Positions 8,323 to 16,740 of a stretch of DNA of 25,482 nt are shown here, one piece after another. Position numbers and translations under genes: made by a program. Under the pieces are notes generated by a model, which did not search any database, was not told the origin of the DNA, and saw only the letters and a list, made by a program, of their open reading frames with translations. The DNA is taken from positions 1 to 25,482 of IMG/VR virus record IMGVR_UViG_3300032272_000066, one strand, 5' to 3'. This DNA is from a virus (taxonomy: Duplodnaviria; Caudoviricetes). Numbering within the stretch: the first letter of the stretch is position 1; each line of letters starts with the position of its first letter.

Positions 8323-8935
8323 GTTTTTCACGCTCCCAGAACCATCAGAAGCTGTTGCCATGACTTCTATGGCTTCTGGGAGTTTTGTTTCTAAATATTT
8401 ATTAGCGCATTACCAAAAAGTTGCCTCAGTAAAAAAAGACATGAAGCGGCTCCCAGAGCGCGAAGAGTTCTTTTTTTTACAGAGTGATAACTCCTTTAAT
8501 GCCTTTACGTTTATTCCAGTTGTACTAGAAAATCAATCGGCAAAACGATTGTTAGCTACAACTTATAGTATTAATAAACGTGTAATAAATGCATTAGTGG
8601 AGCTTCATCAAAGCGGTTTGGTTGATGAAATAACTCTTTTAATTAGTGATACGTTGTTAAAGCGGAATCAAGTCACAAGTGATTTGCTCGCTGCCATAAA
8701 TAAGGAATATGCTAATATAAATGTGTTATTCGCTTGGGTTCATGCAAAAGTGTGCTTAATAGAAACAAAAGATGATCATTATGTAATTGAAGGCTCAGGG
8801 AATTGGAGTGAAAATGCATATTACGAACAATACACCTTTGCGAATTGCGCAAAGTTATTTGCATTTCGCGAAAAGTTATTTACTGAGGTGCAAATAAGGC
8901 ACAAAGCTATAAATGGCTCCATAATTAAACAATAG
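8309..8935 (+). CDS. Phospholipase D (HKD) superfamily protein, Nuc-like nuclease candidate
   Basis: HAKVCLIE...IEGSGNWS is an HxK-x4-(D/E)...GSxN motif; also ATTYSI. ATG 8309 preferred over TTG 8288. Confidence 0.8.
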   Translation: MIKNKFFTLPEPSEAVAMTSMASGSFVSKYLLAHYQKVASVKKDMKRLPEREEFFFLQSDNSFNAFTFIPVVLENQSAKRLLATTYSINKRVINALVELHQSGLVDEITLLISDTLLKRNQVTSDLLAAINKEYANINVLFAWVHAKVCLIETKDDHYVIEGSGNWSENAYYEQYTFANCAKLFAFREKLFTEVQIRHKAINGSIIKQ

Positions 8936-8936
8936 A

Positions 8937-9407
8937 ATGAGCATAAAAAAAGGAGACATAGTTAAGGTAAAAGGCGCTGAAGGAATGAACCCTTTGCAGT
9001 TTACCGTTGAATCTATAAAGGACATAGCTGGAAATAAAATGGTTTCTGGTCCATTTGGTGATTTTGCAATTGATCTCGTTGATAAAATACCAGGAGTTAC
9101 TAAGGACTTAAAAGATTGTGATTTAACCGAAACCATTGAAAGACTTTCAGCAACGAATTATTCTTATGCTGAAATGGCTGTTTACTTAAGTATAGAGAAA
9201 ACTGAATTCATTCAGCAAGCAAACACTACAGACAGTAAAATTTGGACAGCCATACAAAAAGGAAGGTTAGAATCGGAATTTGAAATTAATGATAAGCTTG
9301 CGCAAAACGCAAAATCAGGAAACATTACTGCAGCACAAATTTTTGAGAAAAACAGAAAAGCCAAAGAAGTTGAAAACTTAAAAGCACGTATTTTTTATGG
9401 TGAATGA
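8937..9407 (+). CDS. Terminase small subunit-like HTH protein
   Basis: HTH-like IERLSATNYSYAEMAVYLSI, then AIQKGR...NAKSGNITAAQIF typical of TerS oligomerisation helices; two genes upstream of TerL. Confidence 0.6.
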   Translation: MSIKKGDIVKVKGAEGMNPLQFTVESIKDIAGNKMVSGPFGDFAIDLVDKIPGVTKDLKDCDLTETIERLSATNYSYAEMAVYLSIEKTEFIQQANTTDSKIWTAIQKGRLESEFEINDKLAQNAKSGNITAAQIFEKNRKAKEVENLKARIFYGE

Positions 9408-10029
9408 TCTACGAGATATAAGCATTGATGAAATCTATGATTTTGTTGAAAATGGCGTCGCTTCAGAAGAGAAAAGTGAAGTGATGTTGTATATGCTTGA
9501 AATGGAGAAAGTACGAGGTATGGCACTTCGTATTGATAAGTATGCAAGCAAAGACGCTATTGTAAATCATTTAATAAAAATAAATAAATACTCCAGGTAC
9601 TATGCAAACAAGTTGTATAACCAAACCATGGAGTATTTTTATTGTGACACTGATATCAGTAGAGCTGCATGGCGTAATATTTACGCAGAGAAAATGGAGA
9701 AGGTGATCAACTTTGCTATTGCAACCATGGAAAATACTGCAGACGCATCTAAGGTTAGCAAGATGATAATGGAAATGGCAAAGGTTAGAAACTTAGATCA
9801 GCCAGATAAAGATGAGTTTCCTGAAGAAATGTTTACCAGGCCTTTTAAAATTTATTCAGTGGATCCTGAATTTGTTGGAATGCCCTCTATTGATAGAGCA
9901 GAATTAGCAAAATTTATTGATGATCTTCCAGAATTACCTGAGGCTCACAAAATACAAATTAAGCGCGAAGCGAGAATTTTACCACTAAAAGTATTTTTAG
10001 ATGAACATGAAGACCCTAGAAAGGCTTAA
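9397..10029 (+). CDS. Hypothetical packaging-operon protein
   Basis: 210-aa ORF overlapping both neighbours. Confidence 0.75.
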   Translation: MVNDLRDISIDEIYDFVENGVASEEKSEVMLYMLEMEKVRGMALRIDKYASKDAIVNHLIKINKYSRYYANKLYNQTMEYFYCDTDISRAAWRNIYAEKMEKVINFAIATMENTADASKVSKMIMEMAKVRNLDQPDKDEFPEEMFTRPFKIYSVDPEFVGMPSIDRAELAKFIDDLPELPEAHKIQIKREARILPLKVFLDEHEDPRKA

Positions 10030-11710
10030 GACGAGTAATACTGAAGCTAGATACGGCACCTATGTAAAGCAATTAATAGATTTAATTGGTCCTAAACATT
10101 TGCGTTTAGTTGCTGGTAGAGGAATGACAAAAACTACTGATGTTATTGCAGATCGCTCTATTGAAGTTATCTATGATATGCCCAGGAGCCTACAAGCCTT
10201 TGTTAGTGATACCTTTGTTAATGCTAGGACAAATATAGTACCTACTTTGTTAGAAGGATGGAGAGAGTACAAGGGTTGGATTGAGGGTGTGCATTATGTT
10301 GTTGATGAACGTCCACCATCAACATTTGAGATTCCATACAAGCCAATCACCTCTTTTAAAAATACGATATCGCTTTTTAATGGCTGTGGAATTCTTCTTG
10401 GAAGTTTGGATCAGCCTTCAGGATTAGCAGGAAACTCATTTCAGCATATTTATGGTGATGAAGCCAAGTACCTGGACAAAAAAAAACTTGATGTATTAAT
10501 GCCTGCTCTTCGTGGTTATAACAAATTTAGCCATTCTCCATTTTACAGAGGCACAACCTTTACTACTGATTTACCAAACCTAGGTAAGAATGATTTTGAT
10601 TGGATATTAGATACAGAAGAAAACATGGATATTGAGCAAATAAAAGCTGCTTTTTATTGTGGTTGTGAGCTTAATGAAATTAATATAAAAATAAAACGCG
10701 CATATGATAAACGCAATACTGCAGCACTAAAAAAATTATTGATCACCAAAAATTTTTGGATGGAGCGATGGTTTAGAGCTCGTAGAGATAGCACGTTTTT
10801 TTATGTGGTTTCTAGTTTGGCCAATGTAGATGTGTTGACGCCAGGTTACATTTATGATAACCTAGAAAATTTAGGATGGGAAGAGTTTAAGCAAAGTGTT
10901 TTGAGTTTTAAAAGCACCTTAGAAGAAGGTGATCAGTTTTATACAGGACTTGGCGTACATCATTTTTACCAAGATGGTATTTTGAATGATTATGTTCAGA
11001 AATATGGCATTAAAGACAATTTTAAAGGCAATAGTCTCATGTTGCGTTATATTGATCATAATGCGCCATTAGATTGCGGTATTGACTTCGGAAAAATGAT
11101 TTCTATGGTTATTGGCCAAGAAATTGGACCATATTACTACTGTTTGAAAAGTTTATTTACACTCGTTCCAGAAAGCAGTATAGAATTAGGTGAAAAATTT
11201 CGTGATTTCTTTGGTCCACACAACTACAAAGTATTGAATATGTATTATGATCGTTCAGGAAATCAGTACGCAAGTTCTGGGCGTGATTGGGCTAGTGAAA
11301 TTAAAAACGCTATTGAGTTTGATAGGAATGGAAAACGTACTGGCTGGACTGTTAATTTGAAGAGTAAAGAGCAGGCTACTATTTATCAGCGAGAAGAATT
11401 TTTCTTTTTAAAGCAAGTGCTTCAGGAAACGGTTCCAGGACTCCCAAAATTAAAAATAGATCAGTACCAATGCAGGGAATTAAAAAGTAGTTTGGAGCTT
11501 ACTAAATTAATGACCAAAAAAAATGTAAAAACAGGTGCTACTGAGATTTACAAAGATAAGTCTAGCGAAAAATTAACCTTGCACAAACTCGCCATGCAAA
11601 GCACTAATTTTAGTGATGCGTTTAAGTATTTACTATACAGAAAACATTGGGCAAAATTAGTTGGTTACAAGCGCAGCTCTTTACCTACTGGATTGGATGG
11701 TATGGTTTGA
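10001..11710 (+). CDS. terL: Terminase large subunit
   Basis: Walker A VAGRGMTKT, Walker B HIYGDEA, motif III-like FTTD, nuclease residues CGIDFG and NFSDAFKY. Confidence 0.88.
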   Translation: MNMKTLERLKTSNTEARYGTYVKQLIDLIGPKHLRLVAGRGMTKTTDVIADRSIEVIYDMPRSLQAFVSDTFVNARTNIVPTLLEGWREYKGWIEGVHYVVDERPPSTFEIPYKPITSFKNTISLFNGCGILLGSLDQPSGLAGNSFQHIYGDEAKYLDKKKLDVLMPALRGYNKFSHSPFYRGTTFTTDLPNLGKNDFDWILDTEENMDIEQIKAAFYCGCELNEINIKIKRAYDKRNTAALKKLLITKNFWMERWFRARRDSTFFYVVSSLANVDVLTPGYIYDNLENLGWEEFKQSVLSFKSTLEEGDQFYTGLGVHHFYQDGILNDYVQKYGIKDNFKGNSLMLRYIDHNAPLDCGIDFGKMISMVIGQEIGPYYYCLKSLFTLVPESSIELGEKFRDFFGPHNYKVLNMYYDRSGNQYASSGRDWASEIKNAIEFDRNGKRTGWTVNLKSKEQATIYQREEFFFLKQVLQETVPGLPKLKIDQYQCRELKSSLELTKLMTKKNVKTGATEIYKDKSSEKLTLHKLAMQSTNFSDAFKYLLYRKHWAKLVGYKRSSLPTGLDGMV

Positions 11711-11719
11711 TATTTTTCT

Positions 11720-11727
11720 TATCTTTG
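11720..11727 (+). promoter_or_regulatory. Bacteroidota -7 promoter box
   Basis: TATCTTTG matches TAnnTTTG exactly, 9 nt after the terL stop. Confidence 0.5.
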
Positions 11728-11732
11728 AGTAT

Positions 11733-11954
11733 ATAGATTTAACAAATTACAGAGAAACCCAAGAGCCGACAAAAACAAGAACTATATTAACTTGCTATGT
11801 TAGACTTGATAAAAAGACAATGCTAAACGCCTTACAAAGTGATGGTATTTGCATAAATGGAGAATACTTTAAAGTACCTGAACATACTTTATTAGAATGC
11901 TTAATTAATAGGCGTTATGGAGAAACAAGGCTCGAATTAGAAAAGATAGGTTAG
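11733..11954 (+). CDS. Small hypothetical protein, start uncertain (ATA 11733, ATG 11820 or upstream)
   Basis: Open frame fills the gap between terL and the convergent methylase-like gene and is preceded by a -7 box. Confidence 0.4.
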   Translation: MDLTNYRETQEPTKTRTILTCYVRLDKKTMLNALQSDGICINGEYFKVPEHTLLECLINRRYGETRLELEKIG

Positions 11955-11966
11955 TATTGTTTACAA

Positions 11967-12623
11967 CTAATTAGTTGGCTTTTTTTTATAAATGAATGGT
12001 GTTTTGGTATTATGCCAATCATGGTTTATGATGTAGCTATTCCAGGGCGTGTTGTTCATTAATGTGTCCATATGGTAAACTTCACCTTTTAAGCCATGTA
12101 TAGCCATATTAATACAGCACATTTTTACGCATACATGGTCCAAATCTTGTGCTATGTAGTAATTGCCTTTACAAATTTGGTTGGCTGCTAGTAAGGTTCT
12201 GCCACTTCCTACAGCGCAATCGTTAACTTTATTGCCATAATCATCTTTTTCAACTACAAATTGCGCCATGAGGTCGCAAAGCGCTTTTGGTGTAAAGAAT
12301 TGACCAAAACCACTCTTTTTATGATTAGAGGCTAATGCTTGGTAATAATCTCCTAAAGGATCTACCCAATCATTATTTTGTATGGCGTTGTCATAAATGA
12401 TAAGTAAAGCGCCTAGAAGCTTTGCAAAATTATTTATTTCGTCTTCGTCGTATTTTCTTACTGTATCGAGATACAGCTCCTCTTGTGTTTGTCTGGCTAG
12501 GCAACAAATGACAAGAGTTAGAAAATCGTCGAAGACGCGCGACGCATCGTGTCGTCTTCCTAAAAAAGTAAAAAGGGAGTTAAACTCCCTTAAATACTGT
12601 GGCGTGTCTGTTGTTTTAAGCAT
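11967..12623 (-). CDS. N-6 DNA methylase (HsdM-like) protein lacking the catalytic NPPF motif
   Basis: Motif X GQFFTP, motif I NDCAVGSGR, QDLD and MDTL are present. The protein ends without an NPP(Y/F/W) motif. Confidence 0.85.
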   Translation of the reverse strand: MLKTTDTPQYLREFNSLFTFLGRRHDASRVFDDFLTLVICCLARQTQEELYLDTVRKYDEDEINNFAKLLGALLIIYDNAIQNNDWVDPLGDYYQALASNHKKSGFGQFFTPKALCDLMAQFVVEKDDYGNKVNDCAVGSGRTLLAANQICKGNYYIAQDLDHVCVKMCCINMAIHGLKGEVYHMDTLMNNTPWNSYIINHDWHNTKTPFIYKKKPTN

Positions 12624-12996
12624 TCTCTTTTACTTTTAATGGCTCAACTTGAGCATTACTAAAAAGATATGCTAGTGTAAAGAATTTAAATTCTCGTTCC
12701 TCGTCGCTGTTCTCGGCTTTTTCTGTTCCTACTCTTTTTTTGCTCCATACAAAAAATGCTTTAGAACCCTTTTTTACTTTAAAGCCAAGTTTTAACCATT
12801 GATGGAAATTGTTAAATTCTTGGTGTTCTTCATTTTTATACATTTCAATTAGTACAGAATTTACCGTTCTAGGTTCTGCGCTTAGTTCGATTGTTTCCTT
12901 TGCATCAAGGCTAAGAAGTTTTAATAATTGCTTTTTTTGTTCTCTTGTTTCACAGGCAAAGATTGAGCTGTGAATTGATTGTGTTAATGTTCCCAT
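12616..12996 (-). CDS. ArdC-like ssDNA-binding (N-terminal domain only) antirestriction protein
   Basis: FNNFHQWLKLGFKVKKGSKA..W and F....LFSNAQVE match the ArdC-N/DUF1738 pattern. No metalloprotease domain. Confidence 0.85.
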   Translation of the reverse strand: MGTLTQSIHSSIFACETREQKKQLLKLLSLDAKETIELSAEPRTVNSVLIEMYKNEEHQEFNNFHQWLKLGFKVKKGSKAFFVWSKKRVGTEKAENSDEEREFKFFTLAYLFSNAQVEPLKVKENA

Positions 12997-13007
12997 TGTG
13001 TAAAATT

Positions 13008-13232
13008 TTAAAAGTTATAATCTAAAAAATCGCTATTGTTTGTATTTTCCTCAATAAACATATTCGCAATACTTTGCGGAATGTTGAATGCGTCTTTGGC
13101 TTTTTCCTTAAACCAAGTATAGTCTTGATAATTAAAGACTTTTGAAAGTCCTTTTTTTTGAAGAATAGACTTTACTTGTTCGCTAATTTTAAAAGAATTA
13201 ACTTTGCTTTGGTTATTTGCTTGTGTTCTCAT
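13008..13232 (-). CDS. Hypothetical protein (74 aa)
   Basis: Tightly packed in the minus-strand operon, A-rich leader. Confidence 0.75.
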   Translation of the reverse strand: MRTQANNQSKVNSFKISEQVKSILQKKGLSKVFNYQDYTWFKEKAKDAFNIPQSIANMFIEENTNNSDFLDYNF

Positions 13233-13246
13233 TAGTAAATGAATTT

Positions 13247-13278
13247 AAAAGCCTACTACTACGAATAGTAGGCTTTTT
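13247..13278. terminator. Intrinsic terminator/attenuator inside the minus-strand operon
   Basis: AAAAGCCTACTA-ctacgaa-TAGTAGGCTTTT. Confidence 0.8.
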
Positions 13279-13282
13279 GTTG

Positions 13283-13672
13283 TTAAATAGAAAAAGTTAA
13301 AACTTCCTTTTCTGCTCTTGTTAAAGCTTCTGAAAATTCAGTTTCCACCATCAATAAAACCTTAGAAATTACTGCAGGATTTTTTAAGTTAAATGAATAA
13401 CCGTTATCGCTTCCAAATTTCATGTTTGCGTTCGTTCCGTCATTGCTTGCCATGTAGCGCGTTAACTCGTCATACTTTGAAGTCATTGCTTCGTGTTTTT
13501 CCGCAATCACTTTAAAAGTTTCTAAACGGCTAATTCTAGCTTTTGCGCTCGGGTTAATCAAATCATTGATTTTTAGAGTTGCAACAGTTTCTTTTTCCTT
13601 TTTTTCATTTAGCGGTTTAACTCCTTTTTTTGGAGCTTCTGCGGTTGGCGTTTCTCTCTTTTGTGTTCTCAT
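13283..13672 (-). CDS. Hypothetical protein (129 aa), first gene of the minus-strand island
   Basis: Disordered basic N-terminus then helical domain; downstream of a -7 box. Confidence 0.8.
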   Translation of the reverse strand: MRTQKRETPTAEAPKKGVKPLNEKKEKETVATLKINDLINPSAKARISRLETFKVIAEKHEAMTSKYDELTRYMASNDGTNANMKFGSDNGYSFNLKNPAVISKVLLMVETEFSEALTRAEKEVLTFSI

Positions 13673-13703
13673 AATTACTTGATTTTTAAATTATTATATA
13701 TAA

Positions 13704-13734
13704 TAAATATACGAAAAAGTCGGTTAAAAACCGA
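13704..13734 (-). promoter_or_regulatory. Promoter of the minus-strand island with adjacent palindromic operator
   Basis: Minus strand CGTATATTTA (13713-13704) is -7-like. Inverted repeat TCGGTT-AAA-AACCGA at 13720-13734 lies just upstream. Confidence 0.65.
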
Positions 13735-13856
13735 ATAAATTACACCAAAAACACACAGTTTTAAACCTATTTATAATCGTTCCAAACAATAAAAAACACT
13801 ATCGAAAAACCTAGTTTTTAAAAACTTATATTTCATAAATAACTGACAACTAACAC

Positions 13857-13886
13857 TTAAACACTATAAAAATTTATAGCGTTTAA
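13857..13886. repeat. 30-bp near-perfect palindrome
   Basis: TTAAAC-A-CTATAAA-AA-TTTATAG-C-GTTTAA, one A/C mismatch. Confidence 0.8.
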
Positions 13887-13978
13887 TGTTGTTCGTCTTC
13901 TTTCTCCGACCCGCTGAGTTCAGTATATGCAATTGCAATCAATGTAAATAATTAGATATATGGCGAACGCCACAGCTA

Positions 13979-14000
13979 CCACGCCACGCCACGCCACGCC
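13979..14000 (+). repeat. Tandem pentanucleotide repeat (CCACG)x4 + CC
   Basis: ccacgccacgccacgccacgcc; partial extra copy ACGCCAC at 13967-13973. Confidence 0.95.
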
Positions 14001-14043
14001 CAACACAATCAACCTAACCAATACATCCTTGCCTAATAATATT

Positions 14044-14085
14044 AAGTCACGTCACAATTAGCAACATGATGAATAATTAATATTG
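14044..14085 (+). promoter_or_regulatory. Putative late promoter, copy 3 (portal/neck/tail operon)
   Basis: AAGTCACGTCACAATT (14044-14059) + 17 nt + TTAATATTG (14077-14085); ATG at 14089, probably leaderless. Confidence 0.8.
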
Positions 14086-14088
14086 TGC

Positions 14089-14370
14089 ATGACCAAGCGT
14101 ATTGATTTATATAAAGCAATGGAGTTAATGAGGAATCTAACAGCTTCTAATATTCCATTTAGTATAGAGTTCGTTGGTTGCAACCTAACGAAGCAACAGA
14201 GTTCAGGGGTGAAGAAGGCTACCAATGTTATTCTAAGGACAGGGTTAAGCGGTGAGACAGATGGGCAGAAATCTAATAGCCTTATAGGTTATGTTGATTT
14301 AACAGACAATAGCAATAAGTGGTTCTACCTACCATTACTGATAAGTGTTAATGATTTAGAAGTATTATGA
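14089..14370 (+). CDS. Conserved hypothetical phage protein upstream of the portal
   Basis: ATG 14089 preferred because TTG 14083 is part of the promoter box. Overlaps the portal start (ATGA). Confidence 0.75.
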   Translation: MTKRIDLYKAMELMRNLTASNIPFSIEFVGCNLTKQQSSGVKKATNVILRTGLSGETDGQKSNSLIGYVDLTDNSNKWFYLPLLISVNDLEVL

Positions 14371-15734
14371 CAGATATACAATTTTATAACGATAATGCTA
14401 TAGTAAACGTAGATGACGTTTCTATGACTTACGAAACGGTTGAAAAACCAAGAGAGTTTGACAAGTACAGGACTCCAAATGAGGGATTAGACTGGACAAA
14501 TCAAGAATATCAAATCGAGAATTACAGAGTGTTCCCATATGGCGCTAGCAATGATCTACCAAAGGTTATCAAAGATACCATATTAAATAACTCATTAGCA
14601 CCAGGTATTCTAAAGAAGAAAACACAGTTGCTTTGGGGTAAAGGACCTAAACTCTATAAGGAAACAATGGTTAAAGGAGACCTAGTAAGAGAGTGGCAAG
14701 ACGACAAACAAATCCAAAATTGGCTTAACGGATGGGGTTATTTAGATTATCTAACTAAAATAGTCGTAGACTACAGCCATATAGAGGGCGTATTCACAAA
14801 GTTCTACCTATCCAAAGGCTCCAGAATAGGGAGAAATGCTATAAGTAAATTAGAACACGTATCACCAGATGATGCTAGGCTGGCAGAACCAAAAGAAAGT
14901 AATCGCAGAAAGCCAACTCATTGTATTATCACAGACTGGACTTTTAAAAAAGTAACAAGCATCACAGACTTTAAGGTGTACGCCTTATTTGATTTTTTAA
15001 ATCCATTTAAAAACAGGAACGCAATATTATATAGCAACATGTATAGTTTCTGTTCAGAATACTATACAGTACCAGACATATATGGATCTTTAGAGTGGAT
15101 TAGACGTTCTTCGGCAATACCATTAATACTTAAATCTCTATCCAAAAACAGTATTAATCTTAAATATCACGTTACTTCACCTGCTATTTTTTGGGAAAAA
15201 AAGGAAGATGAGTTAAAAGCTAAATGTGAAGAAAAAGGAAAAAAATATACGTCAGATTTACTTTTGAAATACAAAAAAATGTTTTTAAAAAAGATTGCAG
15301 AAGTTCTATCTGGAGAAGAAAACACAGGTAAGTTTTGGCACTCAGTTAAGCACATGGAAATTGATGGGCACAAAATAATAGAACATGGTTGGGAGATTAA
15401 AGAAATTAAACAAAACATTAAAGATTTCGTAGCAGCACAAATTAAAATTTCAGATCAAGCCAACAGAGCAGTTGCAGGCGGAGTAGGTATGCATCCAGCA
15501 TTAGGAGGTGCAGGCGAATCAGGAAGAGCTGACAGCGGATCAGAGCAATTATATGCTCTTAAAAATTATTTACTTACTGGAATAGATATTCCAGAAATGA
15601 TTGTACTAAAAGCAATCAACTATGCTATTCAAGCTAATTTTCCTCAAAAAGATTTAAAGCTAGGTTTTTATCATATAGCACCTCAAAGAGAAGAAGACAT
15701 CACGTCATCAGACAGAATTAAAGAGCAAGTATAA
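14367..15734 (+). CDS. Portal protein (putative)
   Basis: 455 aa; PYGASNDLP, LLWGKG, YYTVPDIYG, LSGEENTGK, GMHPALGG and SGSEQLYA resemble Bacteroidota phage portals; position after the terminase region. Confidence 0.75.
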   Translation: MTDIQFYNDNAIVNVDDVSMTYETVEKPREFDKYRTPNEGLDWTNQEYQIENYRVFPYGASNDLPKVIKDTILNNSLAPGILKKKTQLLWGKGPKLYKETMVKGDLVREWQDDKQIQNWLNGWGYLDYLTKIVVDYSHIEGVFTKFYLSKGSRIGRNAISKLEHVSPDDARLAEPKESNRRKPTHCIITDWTFKKVTSITDFKVYALFDFLNPFKNRNAILYSNMYSFCSEYYTVPDIYGSLEWIRRSSAIPLILKSLSKNSINLKYHVTSPAIFWEKKEDELKAKCEEKGKKYTSDLLLKYKKMFLKKIAEVLSGEENTGKFWHSVKHMEIDGHKIIEHGWEIKEIKQNIKDFVAAQIKISDQANRAVAGGVGMHPALGGAGESGRADSGSEQLYALKNYLLTGIDIPEMIVLKAINYAIQANFPQKDLKLGFYHIAPQREEDITSSDRIKEQV

Positions 15735-16738
15735 TGGATTTAATATTTTCAACTAATAAAGAAACAGCCTCAGAAGAGTTAAGAACAGCTCTCGGTTTTG
15801 TCGATGCAGATATTGATATTACAGAAATCTCTCCAGATATAAGAATTGCAACAAAAAAAATAATTAAAATCATTGGTAACGCAGTTTATAGCGATGTTGT
15901 AGCAAATTATGTTAAGGAGTCTGATGATGTAACAAAAGACACTGAGTTAATACAATGTGCTCAATACGCAATCGGAACATCTGCCTTTGCATTATGGGCG
16001 CCTTTAAATGATTTGGCGCACACAACCAACGGAAGGAGAATGCGTTCAAGTGAAGACTCCAAAACACCATTTGAATGGATGGTTGTAAGAGATGACGACA
16101 AATTACAACAACGGTCATACAGAGCTCTAGACGCATTACTAGAGTATATTGATAGTAAAGCCGATTACACAACTTGGACAGAATCAGATGAGTTTAAAGC
16201 ATCGCACAAACTCTTTGTAAGATCCACAGATGAATTTGAGCAGCACTATCAAATTCATTCTTTACTACTCCTAAAAAAACTAATGCCAGGGCTTAAAAAA
16301 GGAGAATCTAAAATAGCACCAATTATTGGTGATGAACTATATCAGATTTTAAAAAACAAAAGAAATGGCACTGATGATACAGCCCTAACAACAACAGAAA
16401 AGACATTGCTAGAACTCATTCAAGAAGCATGTGTTTATTACAGTTTGTCCTGGGGAATTCCACGATTACAAATCAACTTATTTCCTGAAGGTGTTTTACA
16501 ATCAATCAGATCTGATCGTGCTACAATAAGAGGACGCAAAACTCCAGAATTTATGCAAGTTGATCAAGTCGAACAAATGTTTAAACAAGATGCCGACGAA
16601 ATCATTAAGCAAATAGAAAGCTTTATTAAAGAATATTATACAACTGAAACAGATGAAGAACTTAAAACCATTAAAGACGATATATTAATTGATCTGGACT
16701 TTGGCTTTGATGACGACTCATTCTCTGTAAATACTTAA
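15734..16738 (+). CDS. DUF6712-like protein (probable head-tail adaptor)
   Basis: Two-fold internal repeat (IIKIIGNAVYS / IAPIIGDELYQ, each followed by L.......A), PFEW, YRALDALL; directly after the portal. Confidence 0.65.
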   Translation: MDLIFSTNKETASEELRTALGFVDADIDITEISPDIRIATKKIIKIIGNAVYSDVVANYVKESDDVTKDTELIQCAQYAIGTSAFALWAPLNDLAHTTNGRRMRSSEDSKTPFEWMVVRDDDKLQQRSYRALDALLEYIDSKADYTTWTESDEFKASHKLFVRSTDEFEQHYQIHSLLLLKKLMPGLKKGESKIAPIIGDELYQILKNKRNGTDDTALTTTEKTLLELIQEACVYYSLSWGIPRLQINLFPEGVLQSIRSDRATIRGRKTPEFMQVDQVEQMFKQDADEIIKQIESFIKEYYTTETDEELKTIKDDILIDLDFGFDDDSFSVNT

Positions 16739-16740
16739 AT

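Noticed and set aside
11967-12623. Complete restriction-modification system
   Set aside because: No hsdS, hsdR or REase gene is adjacent, and the methylase-like protein lacks motif IV.
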